In this document: positions 28,311 to 41,799 of the stretch, piece after piece
Numbering within the stretch: the first letter of the stretch is position 1
Layout: every line of letters begins with the position of its first letter
Assembly: GCF_009914755.1 (NCBI RefSeq)
Contig: NC_060939.1
Length of the DNA stretch: 64,000 bases
Direction: 5' to 3' (one strand)
Source of the DNA: the human T2T-CHM13v2.0 reference genome, Homo sapiens
Notes under the pieces: model-generated
What the model was told of the DNA's origin: nothing
Seen by the model: the letters and a program-made list of their open reading frames with translations, nothing else
The model's database searches: none
Position numbers and translations under genes: made by a program

Positions 28311-29664
28311 GACAGGTTTTTAATATAATTCCTGAACCAGTCCAAAAATTAATCTCCATTCTGTTACTAAAAAAAAGGATCTACTTGAGAATTGACTTAC
28401 AGTTTATTTTAAAGTCCTCAGTTTGAATTACCAGGGGATGAGAAAAAGCTCCATTTCCTCTGCCAGCAAGGGACAGGCACAAACGGCAGGCGCCACAGTC
28501 CTTAGTGAGCACTGGCTGGTCTCCTCACTAAGTCTTGAGCAGCCTGCAGTGACCTGCCCTTGAAGTGGTGGTTTAACAGCCTTTGCCCAAGCACTCTCTG
28601 GCTCTTTGTACATCTTTAATAGTTTCCTTGACGGACTATGAAGAACTGCCAGATGACAGTTCTATTTCATTTTTGTCACTGCCTGGTGCTCCTTTTTACT
28701 CTCAGGCTTTTTCTCAAGGGCATGATTCTATAAGTCAATGTGGCAATGTTCACGATGGGTATTGCTCTTTCAACCACTGTATATTGATGCAGTGTGAGCA
28801 AGTCACGGACATGTCAAGATTTCAGGCCTTCAAAAAAGTAATCAAGGAGTATTTTATAAACTCTAATGTCCTTTCCATTGGAAGCAAATTGAAACTGGGG
28901 ATTGGGATCTGATATTAAAGGTTTACTTTAAAACACTGCTGCCAGAGGCATATAAAAGCCCCCTTGATTAATATACCATAGGATTTTTTTCGCTTGGAAA
29001 AAAGCACAAGTGATGTGCTTTTGTTCCCCAAGTTTTAAATAAAACGTTTGTCATTCTTGCACACTGTTTATTACTAATTGCACAATTATTTTATTATATG
29101 GCACAGGAAAAATGATTTAAGTTTCCTCCTGCATATTCTATGTTTTAAGTAAATAACTGCTTCAGTCAAAAATTATTTATTAAATTATATGATTCTTTGC
29201 TAAACATAATTGAGATGTCAAGACTTTTTTATTAGTGCTGCATAATGAAATAATTGAGGAATTAGTAATAAATTTTGCCTCTTGTAATTTAGAATAAATA
29301 AAAAACAATTACTAGGGTTTTCTTTAAGAATGTGGGGTTCTTAAAGTTATCTCTCATAAAAATTACGCTGATGAATAGCATATGTTTCCTCAGCCAAAAA
29401 AAAATGAGGTGGCTTTTCCTTGACATCTCTGCAAAATCAGGGTAGCTATCACACATTGTATGAATGTGCAGATTTCTCTATGTATTGTTGTTTTTTGATT
29501 TTGCAATATGGAGAGGGCAACTTACTTTCAAATATGAGTACCCTGGTACATTGGAAAACACTTTTATAATGGTCATTAACTTTCACATACTGTCAATTCT
29601 CAGCTTCCGTACCAAGAGCAAGAAATATCGTTAAAAGATAAGTAGTGCCTTTTTGTGGCTTCAT

Positions 29665-29950
29665 GATCCACAAACATTCACTATGACACCTACTGTAAGG
29701 CATCTCAGCCAAAATGAGGGGCATGAAGGAGGAGATATGGACCTTGCTTTCAAGAAGCTCACCATCTAGCAAGGGGGATAATGAACTTACATAGATTATT
29801 GGAGTGCCAAATTAAAAGTAGACATTGACAAATTGATATGGATTCTTAGAAGGGAAGGAGAGATGGATTTTTAGCTTGGGAGGGAGAGATGTGGGGAATA
29901 TGAAAGGGAGATTATCAAGGGATTGGCATTTGAGCTGGAAGGATGAGTAT
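29665..29950 (-). mobile_element. L2 fragment
   Basis: 'ccttgctttcaagaagctcaccatctag', 'ggcatttgagctggaaggatgagta'. Confidence 0.65.
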
Positions 29951-30023
29951 TAATAGCAATAGCTAACATGTATTGAGCTCTTATGTGAACAGACCTTCCC
30001 CTACTCCACAGGCCCTTTGCTTA

Positions 30024-30440
<417 letters not shown>

Positions 30441-31464
30441 TTCTGTGAGCAAAGGCATGAAGGGGACTGGGTTCTGTCTTCTAAGTCATTCCTTCACAGT
30501 AACACAGATACTCCTGCATTAGATAGATAGATCCACACACTTAGATTCCTATAGTAAAGCCTAGTTATGGCACTTGTAGCTTGCAATGAATGCCAACAGC
30601 AATGTGTAGCCCAAAAATAATTAGACACAGCTACATTTCACTATAGAATGTTTTGGCCATGCAGTTACACATTTATTAATATAATGTCTCTCTCTACTCT
30701 TCCAACTGGGAAATCTTGGTATTAAGCACCAAATATAAAATAGAAATCAGAGAGAGGGCACTCAGGGTCCTTCTTAGTTGGACCTCAATTTACCTATTCA
30801 GTCTAATTTTCCCCTTTATACACCTTATGCTTCAGCCAATAAAATGACTGATTCCTGCATGTGCCCAGTCCTATCCCACAACCCACCACGCTGTGTGTCT
30901 GTGGACCCATAGGACTGGCTCAGCCTAGAAAGACTTCCTCGTGGCAGCAAGAGCTCCTGAAACCACGTCGGGTTTTGTGAATCAGGAGTGGACTACATCC
31001 TGACCTCCTGGAAGGTAACATCTCATGCCTTTTGCAGGTGTTTGATTTTTTATTATATTTCTGGGATTGCTTATTGGCTCAGGACCAATTTGGAAAGGCT
31101 GTGCAGTTACAAGTTAACTGAGCGTCAGCTCTTCTCCTCAGTCCCTTTCAAGGGCCATACCCCTCTAGTTTATCTTAGAAAATAGAATCATTTATTTTAC
31201 CCAACACTGGATCTGTTCTTTTTCCAGTATTCCACACCAATTCCCTCACCATTCCTGTTTTGCAGGCATCACTGTTCACTTTCCTGCTTTTCATTGTTTG
31301 GCTCCCTTATTTTCTAACTCTGGGAAGGTACTTATTTCTTTACATTGTTACCATGTAATTCATCATCCACTATTTAGGAAAGCCCCCTGGTCCATTCCAC
31401 TCCTATGAATTTATGCAAGAGAAATGAAAATACATGTCTATACAAATAGTTGTAACAAATACTA

Positions 31465-32716
31465 AATGCCACTGTTTTCCACAGTGGCTTAATCATTTTG
31501 CATTTCCACCAGCCATGTGTATGAGTTTGTTGCCAACACTAAGTGGTGTCATTATTTGTAATTTTAGCTCTTCTACTGAGGTGTGTAGTAGCATCTCCTT
31601 GTGGCTTTAGTTTGCATTTCCCTAATGACTAACAATATTGAGTATTTTTGCATGTGCTAATTTGGAATCCCTATGTGTTGTTTAGTCAAATTCTATTTAT
31701 ATTTGTGCCTATTTTTTATTGAATTATTTGTCTTATTGAGTTGGCTACTTCCACCATTTGGCAATTATAAATAAAGCTGCTTTAGGATTTCGTGTAAATG
31801 TAATTTTTCAGTTCAGTTGGGTAAATACCTAGGATTGCAATTGCTGAGTCGTAGAGTGAATCTATATTTAACATTGTAACAAACTTCCAAAGAGGCTATA
31901 CTATTTTGTATTTCTACCAGTAATACATGAAAATTTCTATTGGAATTTTGATTTAAATTGTGTTGAAGCTATACATAATTTAGTAGGTGATTAACATACT
32001 AACACTAGTGAGTTTTCCAATCAATGGTGATGACATATCTGTACCTGTATTAATCATCTTTGATTTCTCTCAACAATATTTTATAGTTATCAGTGTACAA
32101 GTCTCATATATCTTTTATCAAATTTATCTATAAGTATTTCACATTTTTATGATATCATAGTTTTAAGCTAAAATTTCTAATGGTCAGTATATGTAAATAC
32201 AATTATTTATATTAACCTTCTAACGGCTGATCTTACTAAATTCATTTATTAATTGTAGTATCTTTTTTACAGACTTACTAGGATGTTCTACACAGATGAT
32301 CATGTTGCTTGCAAATAAAGTTTTATTTATTTCTAGCCTGTCTGCCATTTATTTCTTACTTTGTTTCTTATTGGCAAGGACAGTCAGTATAATGTTGAAT
32401 AGAAGTGGTGGAAGAGGGAATCCTTTCCTTGTTCTTGATCATACAAGGTCTTTCACCAATAAGTAAATGCAAGCTGCAAGTTTTTCAAATATGCCCTTTC
32501 GCAAATTGAGGAAGTTCTTTTCTATTCTTAATTTCATAGTCATTCTTCTCAAGAATTAGTATTTTGTCACATTTATTAATGCATCTATTAAGATTGTCCT
32601 AAAATTTTCGTTTTAGTATGTTAATAGGGTGAATTACATTGATTGCTTTTCAATTGTTTAACCAACATTGTACTGCTGGGATAAACCCTATTTGATTATG
32701 ATGCATTATCTTTTTA
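31465..32716 (-). mobile_element. Old L1M fragments (left of Tigger1)
   Basis: Antisense L1 motifs 'tttgcatttccctaatgact', 'ggtaaatacctagga', 'ataatgttgaatagaagtggtg', 'ctgggataaaccc'. The ORF at 32650-32841 ends HHNQIGFIPAVQCWLN, an RT motif. Confidence 0.8.
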
Positions 32717-33686
32717 TAGGCAGGTTCTATAGACAGGTTCTGCGATAGAGATATCGCAGGCTTGGTGCTAGACAACTGGAATAAAGCAAATATTGCAATA
32801 AAGTCAGTCACATAATTTTTTTGATTTCCCAGTGCATACAAAAGTTGTATTTACATTATATTGTCATCTATTAAGTGTCCAATAGTATTATGTTAAAAAA
32901 ATCAAGTAGATTCCTTAGTTAAAAATACTTTATTGCTAAAAAAATGTGAATGATCATCTGAGCCTTCAGCGAGTGATAATCTTCTTGCTGGTAGAAGGTC
33001 TTGCATCAGTATTGATAGCTGCTTACTGATAAGGGTAGTGATTGCTGAAGGTTGGGGTGTCTGTGGCAATTTCTTAAAATAGGACAACAAATTTTGCGAT
33101 GTTGATTGTCTCTTCCTTTCACAAAGGATTTCTCTGTAGCATGCAGTGCTATTTGACAGCATTTAACCCACAGTAGAACATCTGTGAAAATTGGAGCCAA
33201 TCCTCTTAAACCTTGTCACTGCTTTATCTACAATGTTTATGTAATACTCTAAATCCTTTGTTGTCATTTCAACAGTGTTCACAGCATCTTTACTAGAAAT
33301 CAATTACATCTCAAGAAATCACTTTCTTTGTTCATTCATAAAAAACATTATCCTTATCCTTATGTTTTATCGTAAGATTGCAGCAATTCAGTTCCATCTT
33401 CAGGTTCCACTTTGAATTCCAGTTTTCTTCTAACTTGCACCATATCTGAAGTTACTTCCTCCATTGACATCTTGAACCCATGAAAATCAGTCACTCATAA
33501 GGTTTGGAATTGGCTTCTTCCAAATTCCTGTTAGTGCTAACATTTTGACCTCTTTCCATGAATCATGAATTCATTAATGACATCATAAATGGTGAGTCCT
33601 TTCTGCAGGTTTTCAATTTACTTTACCCAGATCCATCAGACGAATCACAATCTACGGCAGCTATAACCTTACAAAATGCATTACTT

Positions 33687-33835
33687 TATTTTTATTTTAT
33701 TATTTATTTATTTTTTTAGAGATAGGGGTCTCACTATGTTGCCTACACTGGTCTTGAACTCCTGGCCTCAAGCTATCCTTCTGCCTCAATTTCCCAAAGT
33801 GCTGAGATTATAGGTGTGAGCCACCACCCTTGGCC
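33687..33835 (-). mobile_element. FLAM_C / free left Alu monomer inside Tigger1
   Basis: Single left monomer with a tail. Degenerate TSD acaaaatgcattactt (33671-33686) / acaaaatatatttctt (33836-33851). Confidence 0.85.
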
Positions 33836-33876
33836 ACAAAATATATTTCTTAAATAATAAGACTTGAAAGTAGAAA

Positions 33877-34155
33877 TTACTCTTGATCCATGGGCTGCAG
33901 AATGGGTGTTGTGTTAGCAGACATGAAAACAACATTCATCTTCTTGTACATCACCATCAGAGCCTCCATCAGAGCTCCTAGGTGACTAGGTGCATGGTCA
34001 ATAAGCAGTAATATTTTGAAAGAAATCTTTTTTTTCTGAGCAGTAAGTCTTAACAGTGGGCTTAAAATACTGAGCAAACCATGCTGTAAACAGATGTGCT
34101 GACATCCAGGCTTTGCTGTTTCATTTAGAGAGCACTGGCAGAATAGATTTAGCAT
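33877..34155 (-). pseudogene. Tigger1 DDE transposase fragment
   Basis: [12 protein letters not shown]...[11 protein letters not shown] matches the pogo DDE_1 motifs DNAPGH and LQPMDQG. Contains a 12-bp in-frame duplication (ALMEALMV). Confidence 0.88.
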
Positions 34156-35289
34156 AATTCTTAAGGCCCCTGGGATTTTCAGAATGGCAAATGAACATTG
34201 GCTTTAACTTAAAGTCATCAGCTGCATTACCCCTAACAAGAAAGTCAGACTGTCCTTTGAAGCTTTGATATCAGGCATTGACTTACCCTCTGTAGCTATG
34301 AAAGTCCTAGAGGGCATCTTTTCCAATAGAAAGCTGTTTCATCTATATTGAAAATCTGTTAGTGTAGCCACCTTCATCAATGATCTTAACTAGGTCTTCT
34401 GGGTCACTTTCTACAGCTTTTACATCAGCACTTGGTGTTTCACTCACACTTTTGTGTTATGGAGATGGCTTCTTTCCCTATCTCTCATAAACCAAACCCT
34501 GCTAGCTTCCAGCTTTTCTTCCTCAACTCTTTCAGCATCATAAAATCAAAGAGAGTTAGGGCCTTGCTCTGGATTAGGTTCTGGCTTAAGGGAATGTTGT
34601 GGTGGGTTTGATTTTCTATGCAGACCACTAAAACTTTCCTCGTGCAGCAATAAGGCTCTTTCACTTTCTTACCATTTGGGAGTTTACTGGAGTAGCACTT
34701 ATAACTTTCTTCAAAAACTTGTTCCTTGGATTCACAACTTGTCTGTTTGGTGCAAAAGCCCTAGCTTTGAGCCTATATGCCATCTTTCTCCATGCCTTCC
34801 TCATGAAGACTAATCATTTCTAGATTTTGATTTAAACTGAGAGACATGTGACTCGTCCTTTCACTTCAACACTTAGTAGCCATTGTAGGGTAATTAATTG
34901 GCTTACTTTTAATATTGTGTCTCAGGGAACAGGGAGGCCCTAGGAAAGGGAGAGAGATGGGGGCCAGGTGGTGGAACAGTCAGAACACACACAACATTTA
35001 CCAGTTGAGTTCATAGTTTCATATGGGTGGAGGTCATGGTACCCCAAAACAATTACAACAGTAACATCAGAGATCATTGCTCACTGATAACTGTAACAAA
35101 TGTAATAACAATGGAAAAATTTGAAAAATTGTGAGAATTACCAAAATGTGACACAGAGACATTAAGTTAGCACATGTTAGAAAAATGGTAACTATAGACT
35201 TTCTTGGTGCAGGGTTGCCGCAAATCTTCAATGTAAAAAACACAGTATATGTGAAGCACATTAAAGTATAATAAAACAACATATGCCTG

Positions 35290-37020
35290 TATTGTCAGAT
35301 TCAATCTGCTAAAAAATTAGCACTTACTGTGCCTGTGTTCATGAGGGATAATGGTCTCTAGTTTTTTTTTTTCTCATTTTTTTCCCTTCCATTTACTTCC
35401 TAATGTCTTTGTCTAGTTTTGGTATCAGGTCAATTCTAGCCTTATAGAATAAAATTGATGTGTTCTCTTCTATTTTTTGGAAGAGTTTGTGTAAAGTTGG
35501 TATTTACTCCTTAAGCATCTGATAGAATTCACTAGTGAAGCTATTAGAGCTTTGAGTATTCTTTGTGAGAAGGTTTTAAACTATAAATTCAATTTATTTA
35601 AAACAGGATTATTCAGGTTTTCTTTTTCTTCTTGAGTGAACTTTGGAAGTTTGTGTTCTTTAGCAACTTTGTTATTTTACCTAAGCTCTTAAATTTATTA
35701 GCATAAAGTTGTTCAAAATATTTTATCATATTATTGCATGTAGTATCTTTAATCATGAACCACCTATCATTCTAGAGCTTGGTAATTATTTTCTCTTTGC
35801 ATTTTTCCAATTTACATTTGCTAGAGTTTTATCAAAGGACAGCTTTTGCTTTCATTGATGTATCTCTCCTTTTATTTTCATTGCTTTCATTGATATATCT
35901 TTTTATTTATTAATGTTTACTCTTATTTTTACTTCCTTTTTTGGTTCTTTGGCTTGGTTTTAATTTTTCTTTTTCAAGTTTCCTAAAGTGTAAGTTGAGA
36001 CTTGATTTGAAATTTTTCGTGTTTTTGATTACAAGTAATTTATGCTGCATATCTCCCTCTAAGGCATGTTTGACTACATTCTGCACATTTCATATGTTGT
36101 ATTTTCATTTTCACTCAGTACAAAGTACTTTATAATTTCCCTTGTGATTCTTTTTGACCCATGATATAGAAATGTTCTGCATAATTTCCAAATTTTTGGA
36201 GATTTTCCAGATATCTTTTAATTATTGTTTTCTGCTATGATTGTGTTGTGGTCAGAGAATATGCATCTTACAATTTCAGTCTCTTTGTATTTATTAATAT
36301 TTTTTACATGGGCTAGCTTGGTAAATATTCAATGCCCATTTTCTAATGTGTGTTTTGCCATTTTGGGGTGTAGTGTTCTACAAATGTTGGTGAGGTCTAG
36401 CATGTGGTGGTGTTCAAGTCTTCTTAGTTATTTCTAGTCTACTTATTCTGTTAATTATAGAGAAGGGAATTTTGGTATTTCCAAGTATACTTATGAATTT
36501 GTCCATTTCTCTTTTCAGTTCTATAAACTTTTGGTTATATTTTGAAATTCTGTTATTAGGTACAGATACATTTAGATTTGTTATGTTTTATTGGTATATT
36601 GTCTTCTTTTTTATTGTGATGTTTGTCCTCATAAGAGTTTTTACTTTGAAATCTACTTTGTTTGATACTAATATGGCTACCCCAACTTTATTTTTGATTA
36701 GATGTAGTATGACATATCTTTTTCCATTCTTTTACTTTTAACCTTCCTGTGCTTTATATTCAAGGCATGTTTCCTATAGACAGCATATAGTTAGATTTTA
36801 GTTTTTTATTTATTTGACAATATGCTCTTTATATTTAGACCATTTACATTTAATGAAATGATTGTTGTCTTTTGGTTGGGTTTAATTTGCTATCTCCATC
36901 TTTTATGTTCCTTTTTTTCCCTCTTTTTATGTGTTTGTTTTTTATCTTATTTTGGATCAATTAATATTTATTATTTCATTTCAACTTCATATTGGTTTAT
37001 TAGCAGTACCTCTTTTTTAG
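35290..37020 (-). mobile_element. Old L1M ORF2 (continuation right of Tigger1)
   Basis: 'ttggtatcagg...ctagccttatagaat', 'gatagaattcactagtgaagc', 'tcctatagacagcatatagtt', 'tatttagaccatttacattta'. Confidence 0.82.
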
Positions 37021-37049
37021 TTGGTTGCTCCTCTTTTTACATATTAAAT

Positions 37050-37620
37050 AAAGTAAGCCTTAAAATGGTTAACCACTTGCCGAAAAATTGCATAATAATT
37101 AAGCCAAAGTCCTTAAAATGGCTTACAAGGCCCTACGTTTTTTGGCCTTTATTACCTCTCTGACATCATCTTTTTCTACCCTCTTTGTTATTCCCTCTGC
37201 CCTAGCCATACGGGCCACTCTGTTGCTTCTCAGACATGGAAGATACTTCGCAACTTGCACTGACTATTTGCTCTTTCTAGAAGTATCTTTTCCCAGATGC
37301 CCACATGTCTAACTAATCTCTTGCAAGTGTTTGCTCAAATGTCACCATGCAAGTATAGCTACCCCAGCTACATTATCTTACATTTTATCTTTCTTCCCAG
37401 TCTTCACACTTAAGCTCTCTTACCCTGCTTTATTATTTTAAAAAATAGCATATACCATTTTCTTAGGTATTATATTTATTGTGTACATATTTCTGCCCTT
37501 CAATAGAATGTAAGCTCCATGAACTCAGGAATTTTATCTGTTTGTTCAAAGATATATTTCCAACACTTAGAACAGTACCTGGCACATAGTAGGTACTTAA
37601 GTATTTTTTAAATGAACGAA
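37050..37620 (+). mobile_element. L2a 3' end
   Basis: 'ggcttacaaggccct', 'tagaatgtaagctccatga', 'tagaacagtacctggcacatagtaggtact...aatgaacgaa'. Confidence 0.85.
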
Positions 37621-39376
37621 CACATTAGGAAGTGGAATGCAAAGAAACTAAATTTACGGTTTGCAACAATTAAAATAAAATCTAGCAATGTAAAAATGTT
37701 TGCAAAATCTGTGCTTGAGATGGAATTACATATGGATTTTATTGAAATGCCATTTAATGCTGTTTAAACTCTGTTTTTATGAAAGAAATATAATTTAGAC
37801 AAAGTGAAGTGATTTCACATAGCAAGAGGCTATGTACAAAAAATAAATGAAAAACAGTAGAATATGAGGCTGCCGGTCTGGGTGTGATTCAAGCAGCTTT
37901 GAGCATTTCCACTTTCCATTCCCTCCATTATCTGAGTATAAAATTCCACCATTAGAGAGTTGCACCTTTTAACTTCATGGGATTTTTAGAAAGTCTTTAG
38001 GCATTGTTATTAAAATGGAAATACTCCTGAAAGGGGAGGAATATACTTTAGTATAAATGTACACTTAGGGATGTGTTGACATCATGCTTAAAGCAGGTGG
38101 TTCTGAGAATAAAAACTGTGTGCTAGAAAACAAAGCCTTCTCATGACTAACTTGACCAGCTTTATAACTCATGCTGGGAAAAACTCTTAAACTGGCCAGT
38201 GTAGCCATTGTATACGTACTATTGTTTATGCATCCTAATGAGAAGGGGATGCAGAGGGACTTTTTGATGGGCAGATATTTTTGGAGTATTAAAAACTAGA
38301 TTATTTTGTATCCTGTATATAATTCAATATTTTACATATCATCTTTGATAGGAAAATTTAGTATTAAAATATAAATATAGGCAATGGCTTTGATTAAGCC
38401 ATAAATTTTTTTAAAAAGATGCACCTTGGTGGGCAATGGCAGAAGCAAGGTTGTGTGCTAGTTTTTCCATTAACAGCACAATGAAACCTTTAAATCCAAG
38501 GCTTGTCATGAGTCTATGAATTTATTTGTACAAAGAAATCAGAAATGATGGAGGCAAATCTTGGTAACTGCAACCTATCTAGAAGACAAAACATGGGAAG
38601 GTTGGGTGAGGTATAGTAAATTCAGAGGTGAGATTATATTTATGTGGTTCTTCCAAAGCTATGGGAAATTATAGGAGTTTCTTCATTTTGTAAAGTGAAA
38701 AATAGTCTTGAAATAAAGCTTTGCAACATTTCCCCCCACATCCCGCATGGCCCTGATTGTAAATGAATGGTTAGTTGGCAATATTTCAGCAACTTAAAAT
38801 TTCTCAAAAGGATATATTTGAAAGATGAGAAAAGGGATGAATGCCAAGGAATGTTAGTAATTTTTAAAAAGCAGACAATTATCCAATGAAATATTCGATT
38901 ATTTCTATTCACATCTCTTATCTCCTCCAATATTTTTAAACGGCCTCTCTGAGCCTTAGTAATATTGCATGCATGCTTTTATACCTTAAGGGTCTTTACT
39001 ATTGAAATATAAATGACCTTGTGAGGACTATGCAGTAAGCTTTCAAAAGTGGACTAGATGACATCACCTTGAAAGCAATACAAGGCTTTTGGTAGTAGGC
39101 AATATTGTTCATTTTCGCTTATAGGTTAAGAGAGAAAATCACTTAGGATTTGTATTTTTTCTACCTTATATTCTGACTCTCATATTATTCTATGTTTGGC
39201 TCTTGAAGCAAAATGAGAGACTGGTAATCTGGCTAATCTATGCTTTAGTCATTTCTTTTTAGATCTAGAATTATTCAGGTTAATTACAGGTCAATATTCT
39301 ATTTAAGCATCCAATAATTATCTGACTTCTCTTTGACCATAGAAATCCCTGGTGACTTAGTATTTGTCAGGTAGAA

Positions 39377-39434
39377 GATAATAACAGTTGACATTTATTA
39401 AGTACATTCCATGAGGTAGAGATCATGCTACCTA
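39377..39434 (-). mobile_element. MIR, left piece (continues at about 42903-43050)
   Basis: 'ataataacagttgacatttattaagtac'. Confidence 0.55.
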
Positions 39435-39541
39435 CTTTTTAAAAAGTAGACTTTTAATTTTAGAACAGTTTGATATAGAAAGATTAAGATAGTACAGGGT
39501 TCCCCTATACCTGGCACTCAGTTTCAAATACTTTTAATTAA

Positions 39542-39824
39542 AGCCAGGCGCAGTAGCTCACACCTGTAATCCCAGCCCTTTGGGAGGCTGAAGCAGGCAG
39601 CTTGTTTGAGCTCAGAAATTCAATACCAGCCTGAGCAACATGGCAAAACCTTGTCTCTACAAAAAAATACAAAAATTAGCTGGGCATGGTGGTGCAAGCC
39701 TGTGGTCCCAGCTACTTGGGAGGCTGAAGTTGGGGAATTGCTTGAGCCCAGGAGGTCAAGGCTGCAGTAAGTCCTGATTGCAACACTGCACTTTAGCCTG
39801 GGTGACAGAGTGAGACCCTGACTG
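39542..39824 (+). mobile_element. AluJ, with essentially no poly(A) tail
   Basis: AluJ diagnostics 'ttgcttgagcccaggaggtcaaggctgcagt' and 'gagaccctg'. Flanks aaatacttttaatta / aaatacttattata. Confidence 0.9.
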
Positions 39825-40570
39825 AAATACTTATTATAGGTACATTATTATGGTACATTTGCACAATTAATATTGATACATTATTAACTAAAATCCATAA
39901 TTTATTGATTTTTTTTTTTTTAGGTTTTACCTAGTGTCCTTTTTCTATTCCAGGATCCTATCCTGAATACATTACATTTAGTCATGATGTTGTCTTAGGC
40001 TTCTCTTGGTTGTGATAGTTTCTCAGCCTTTTCTTGTTTTTTGATGATCTTGACAGTCTTACGGAGTCTGGTATATATTGCAGAATGTTCCTCTATTGGT
40101 ATTCTTCTGATGTTTTTCTCATGATTAGACTGGTATTATAGATTTTTGGGGAGGAAGAAAACAGAGGTAAAGTGTCATTCTCATCACATCATATCAAGGG
40201 TACATACTATCAAAATGACATCACTGTTGATGTGTTAACCTTGATATCCTGGCTAAGGTGATGTGTGTCAGTTCTCTCAGCTATAAAAGTTACTAGTCCC
40301 CCTTCCCTTTCTATACTGTACTCTTTGGAAGGAAGTCACTATATATACCCCACTATAAGAAGTAGTGAGTTATGTTCTGCCCTCTTGAGGATGGTATATC
40401 TACATAAATTACTTAGAATTCTCCTACATGGGGCATTTGTTTATTCTCCCTAATTTATTTATTTACATTACAATATAATAATACTTTACTTTCTGGTTCA
40501 AATTATTCCAGCTTTGACCACTGGGAGCTGTTTCAGTTGGCTCCTATGTCCCTTGACCATGCCCTGTTAT

Positions 40571-40573
<3 letters not shown>

Positions 40574-40633
<60 letters not shown>
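40574..40633. repeat. Compound (GT)n(GA)n microsatellite
   Basis: About 18 GT units followed by about 12 GA units. Confidence 0.95.
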
Positions 40634-41799
40634 ATTCACTCTCATGCTGTCCACATACTATTTGATACTGTAAGATGCTTCACGCTTATCTTGTACATCT
40701 TCTGCTCTAGTCTACGACTCAACCACTTCTCTAAGATCCCTGATTCCCTTTATTGGAGGATTGGAAACCAAGATCTGGATACTGGGCATGCTCATTGTAA
40801 CCAAGTGCTACAACTTTTGGTCCTTTCAGTTGACAAAGCAAGGAAATGAGTGTGTATACTAACCTGTGTATATAAATGTATTTATACATATTTCTATATG
40901 TAACCATCAGTATCTTTATTAGGGTATACACAAATTAATACTGATGTCCCCTATTCTAATCCACTGTATCATGGATCATTCTAGCCTCAATCTCTTGCCT
41001 ATTTGTAACTTCCCCTCCAAAGTAAGAAACCTGGCTCCCAACATCAGCCATCTATTTATTTTTTAAATTCCAGTATACACGTATCGTGGTAGCAGAATTG
41101 TTAACTCATACCCTCACGGGAAACAACTTAATCAATTGAGCACAGTATTATGTACAGTTTCTGTTGTCTTTAGTTTTGCAAGCTCCTCTCATTTTCAAAG
41201 TTGCACTAGTAAGCACTGTTTCCCCTCACCTCCTCCAGTGAGATTGTTTTATATATTTATAATACAGTGAGATTATTTTGTCACATTCCCCATTACATCC
41301 TGGAAACCCCCAGGCTCCTAAATAATTTTTAAAAAATTTATATGTTAAGGAAGGTTCACTTTTGTGTTGCATTGGGTGGTAGAAATGGAGATAAATGGGA
41401 CTTCAGTGTGAGGATTAAGTCAGTCTAGTGGTTGGACTGTGTTTAATGTATGCTGTAGCTGTAGGTGCCAGAGACTTCAAATTTCTCTAGTGTTAAAGCT
41501 TTTGTCTCCTTTCTTAATTTTGGGCTTCCCAAGATACTCCCCAGAGGAAGTCTGCATCTTGCAGCTCTTTAGCTGTAATCTGCTATCATCATACACCAGT
41601 GGAAGTTACATTGGTGTTGTGATCAGGTATGGGGAAGGGAGACATTCTATTGTCTTATGATTAAATCTCTGTCTTTCCATGGGCCTGTGTCTCTGGACCT
41701 TCCCAAGTTTTTATTTCTCCATGGCATAACTTTCTCACTCCTATCCTCACCCCTCACCATGACTTCAGAATGTCCAATCTATTTTTCTGAATCCCTTAC

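Larger units (their letters stand above)
32717..35289 (-). mobile_element. Tigger1 (TcMar-Tigger/pogo), essentially full length, defective
   Basis: Right terminus '...aaaacaacatatgcctg|ta'. The left subterminus 'gagatatcgcaggcttggtgctagac...aataaagcaaatattgcaataaag' has a damaged TIR. About 2.4 kb after removing the FLAM. Confidence 0.93.
39435..41370 (-). mobile_element. L1MD-like 3' UTR
   Basis: 'gatacattattaactaaaatccata', 'ttctattccaggatcc', 'cagaggtaaagtgtcattctcatcacatcatatcaaggg', 'ggaaaccaagatctgg'. Confidence 0.82.

Noticed and set aside
28583-28912. 109-aa ORF on the + strand
   Set aside because: Non-ATG start, no recognisable homology and no convincing splice context.
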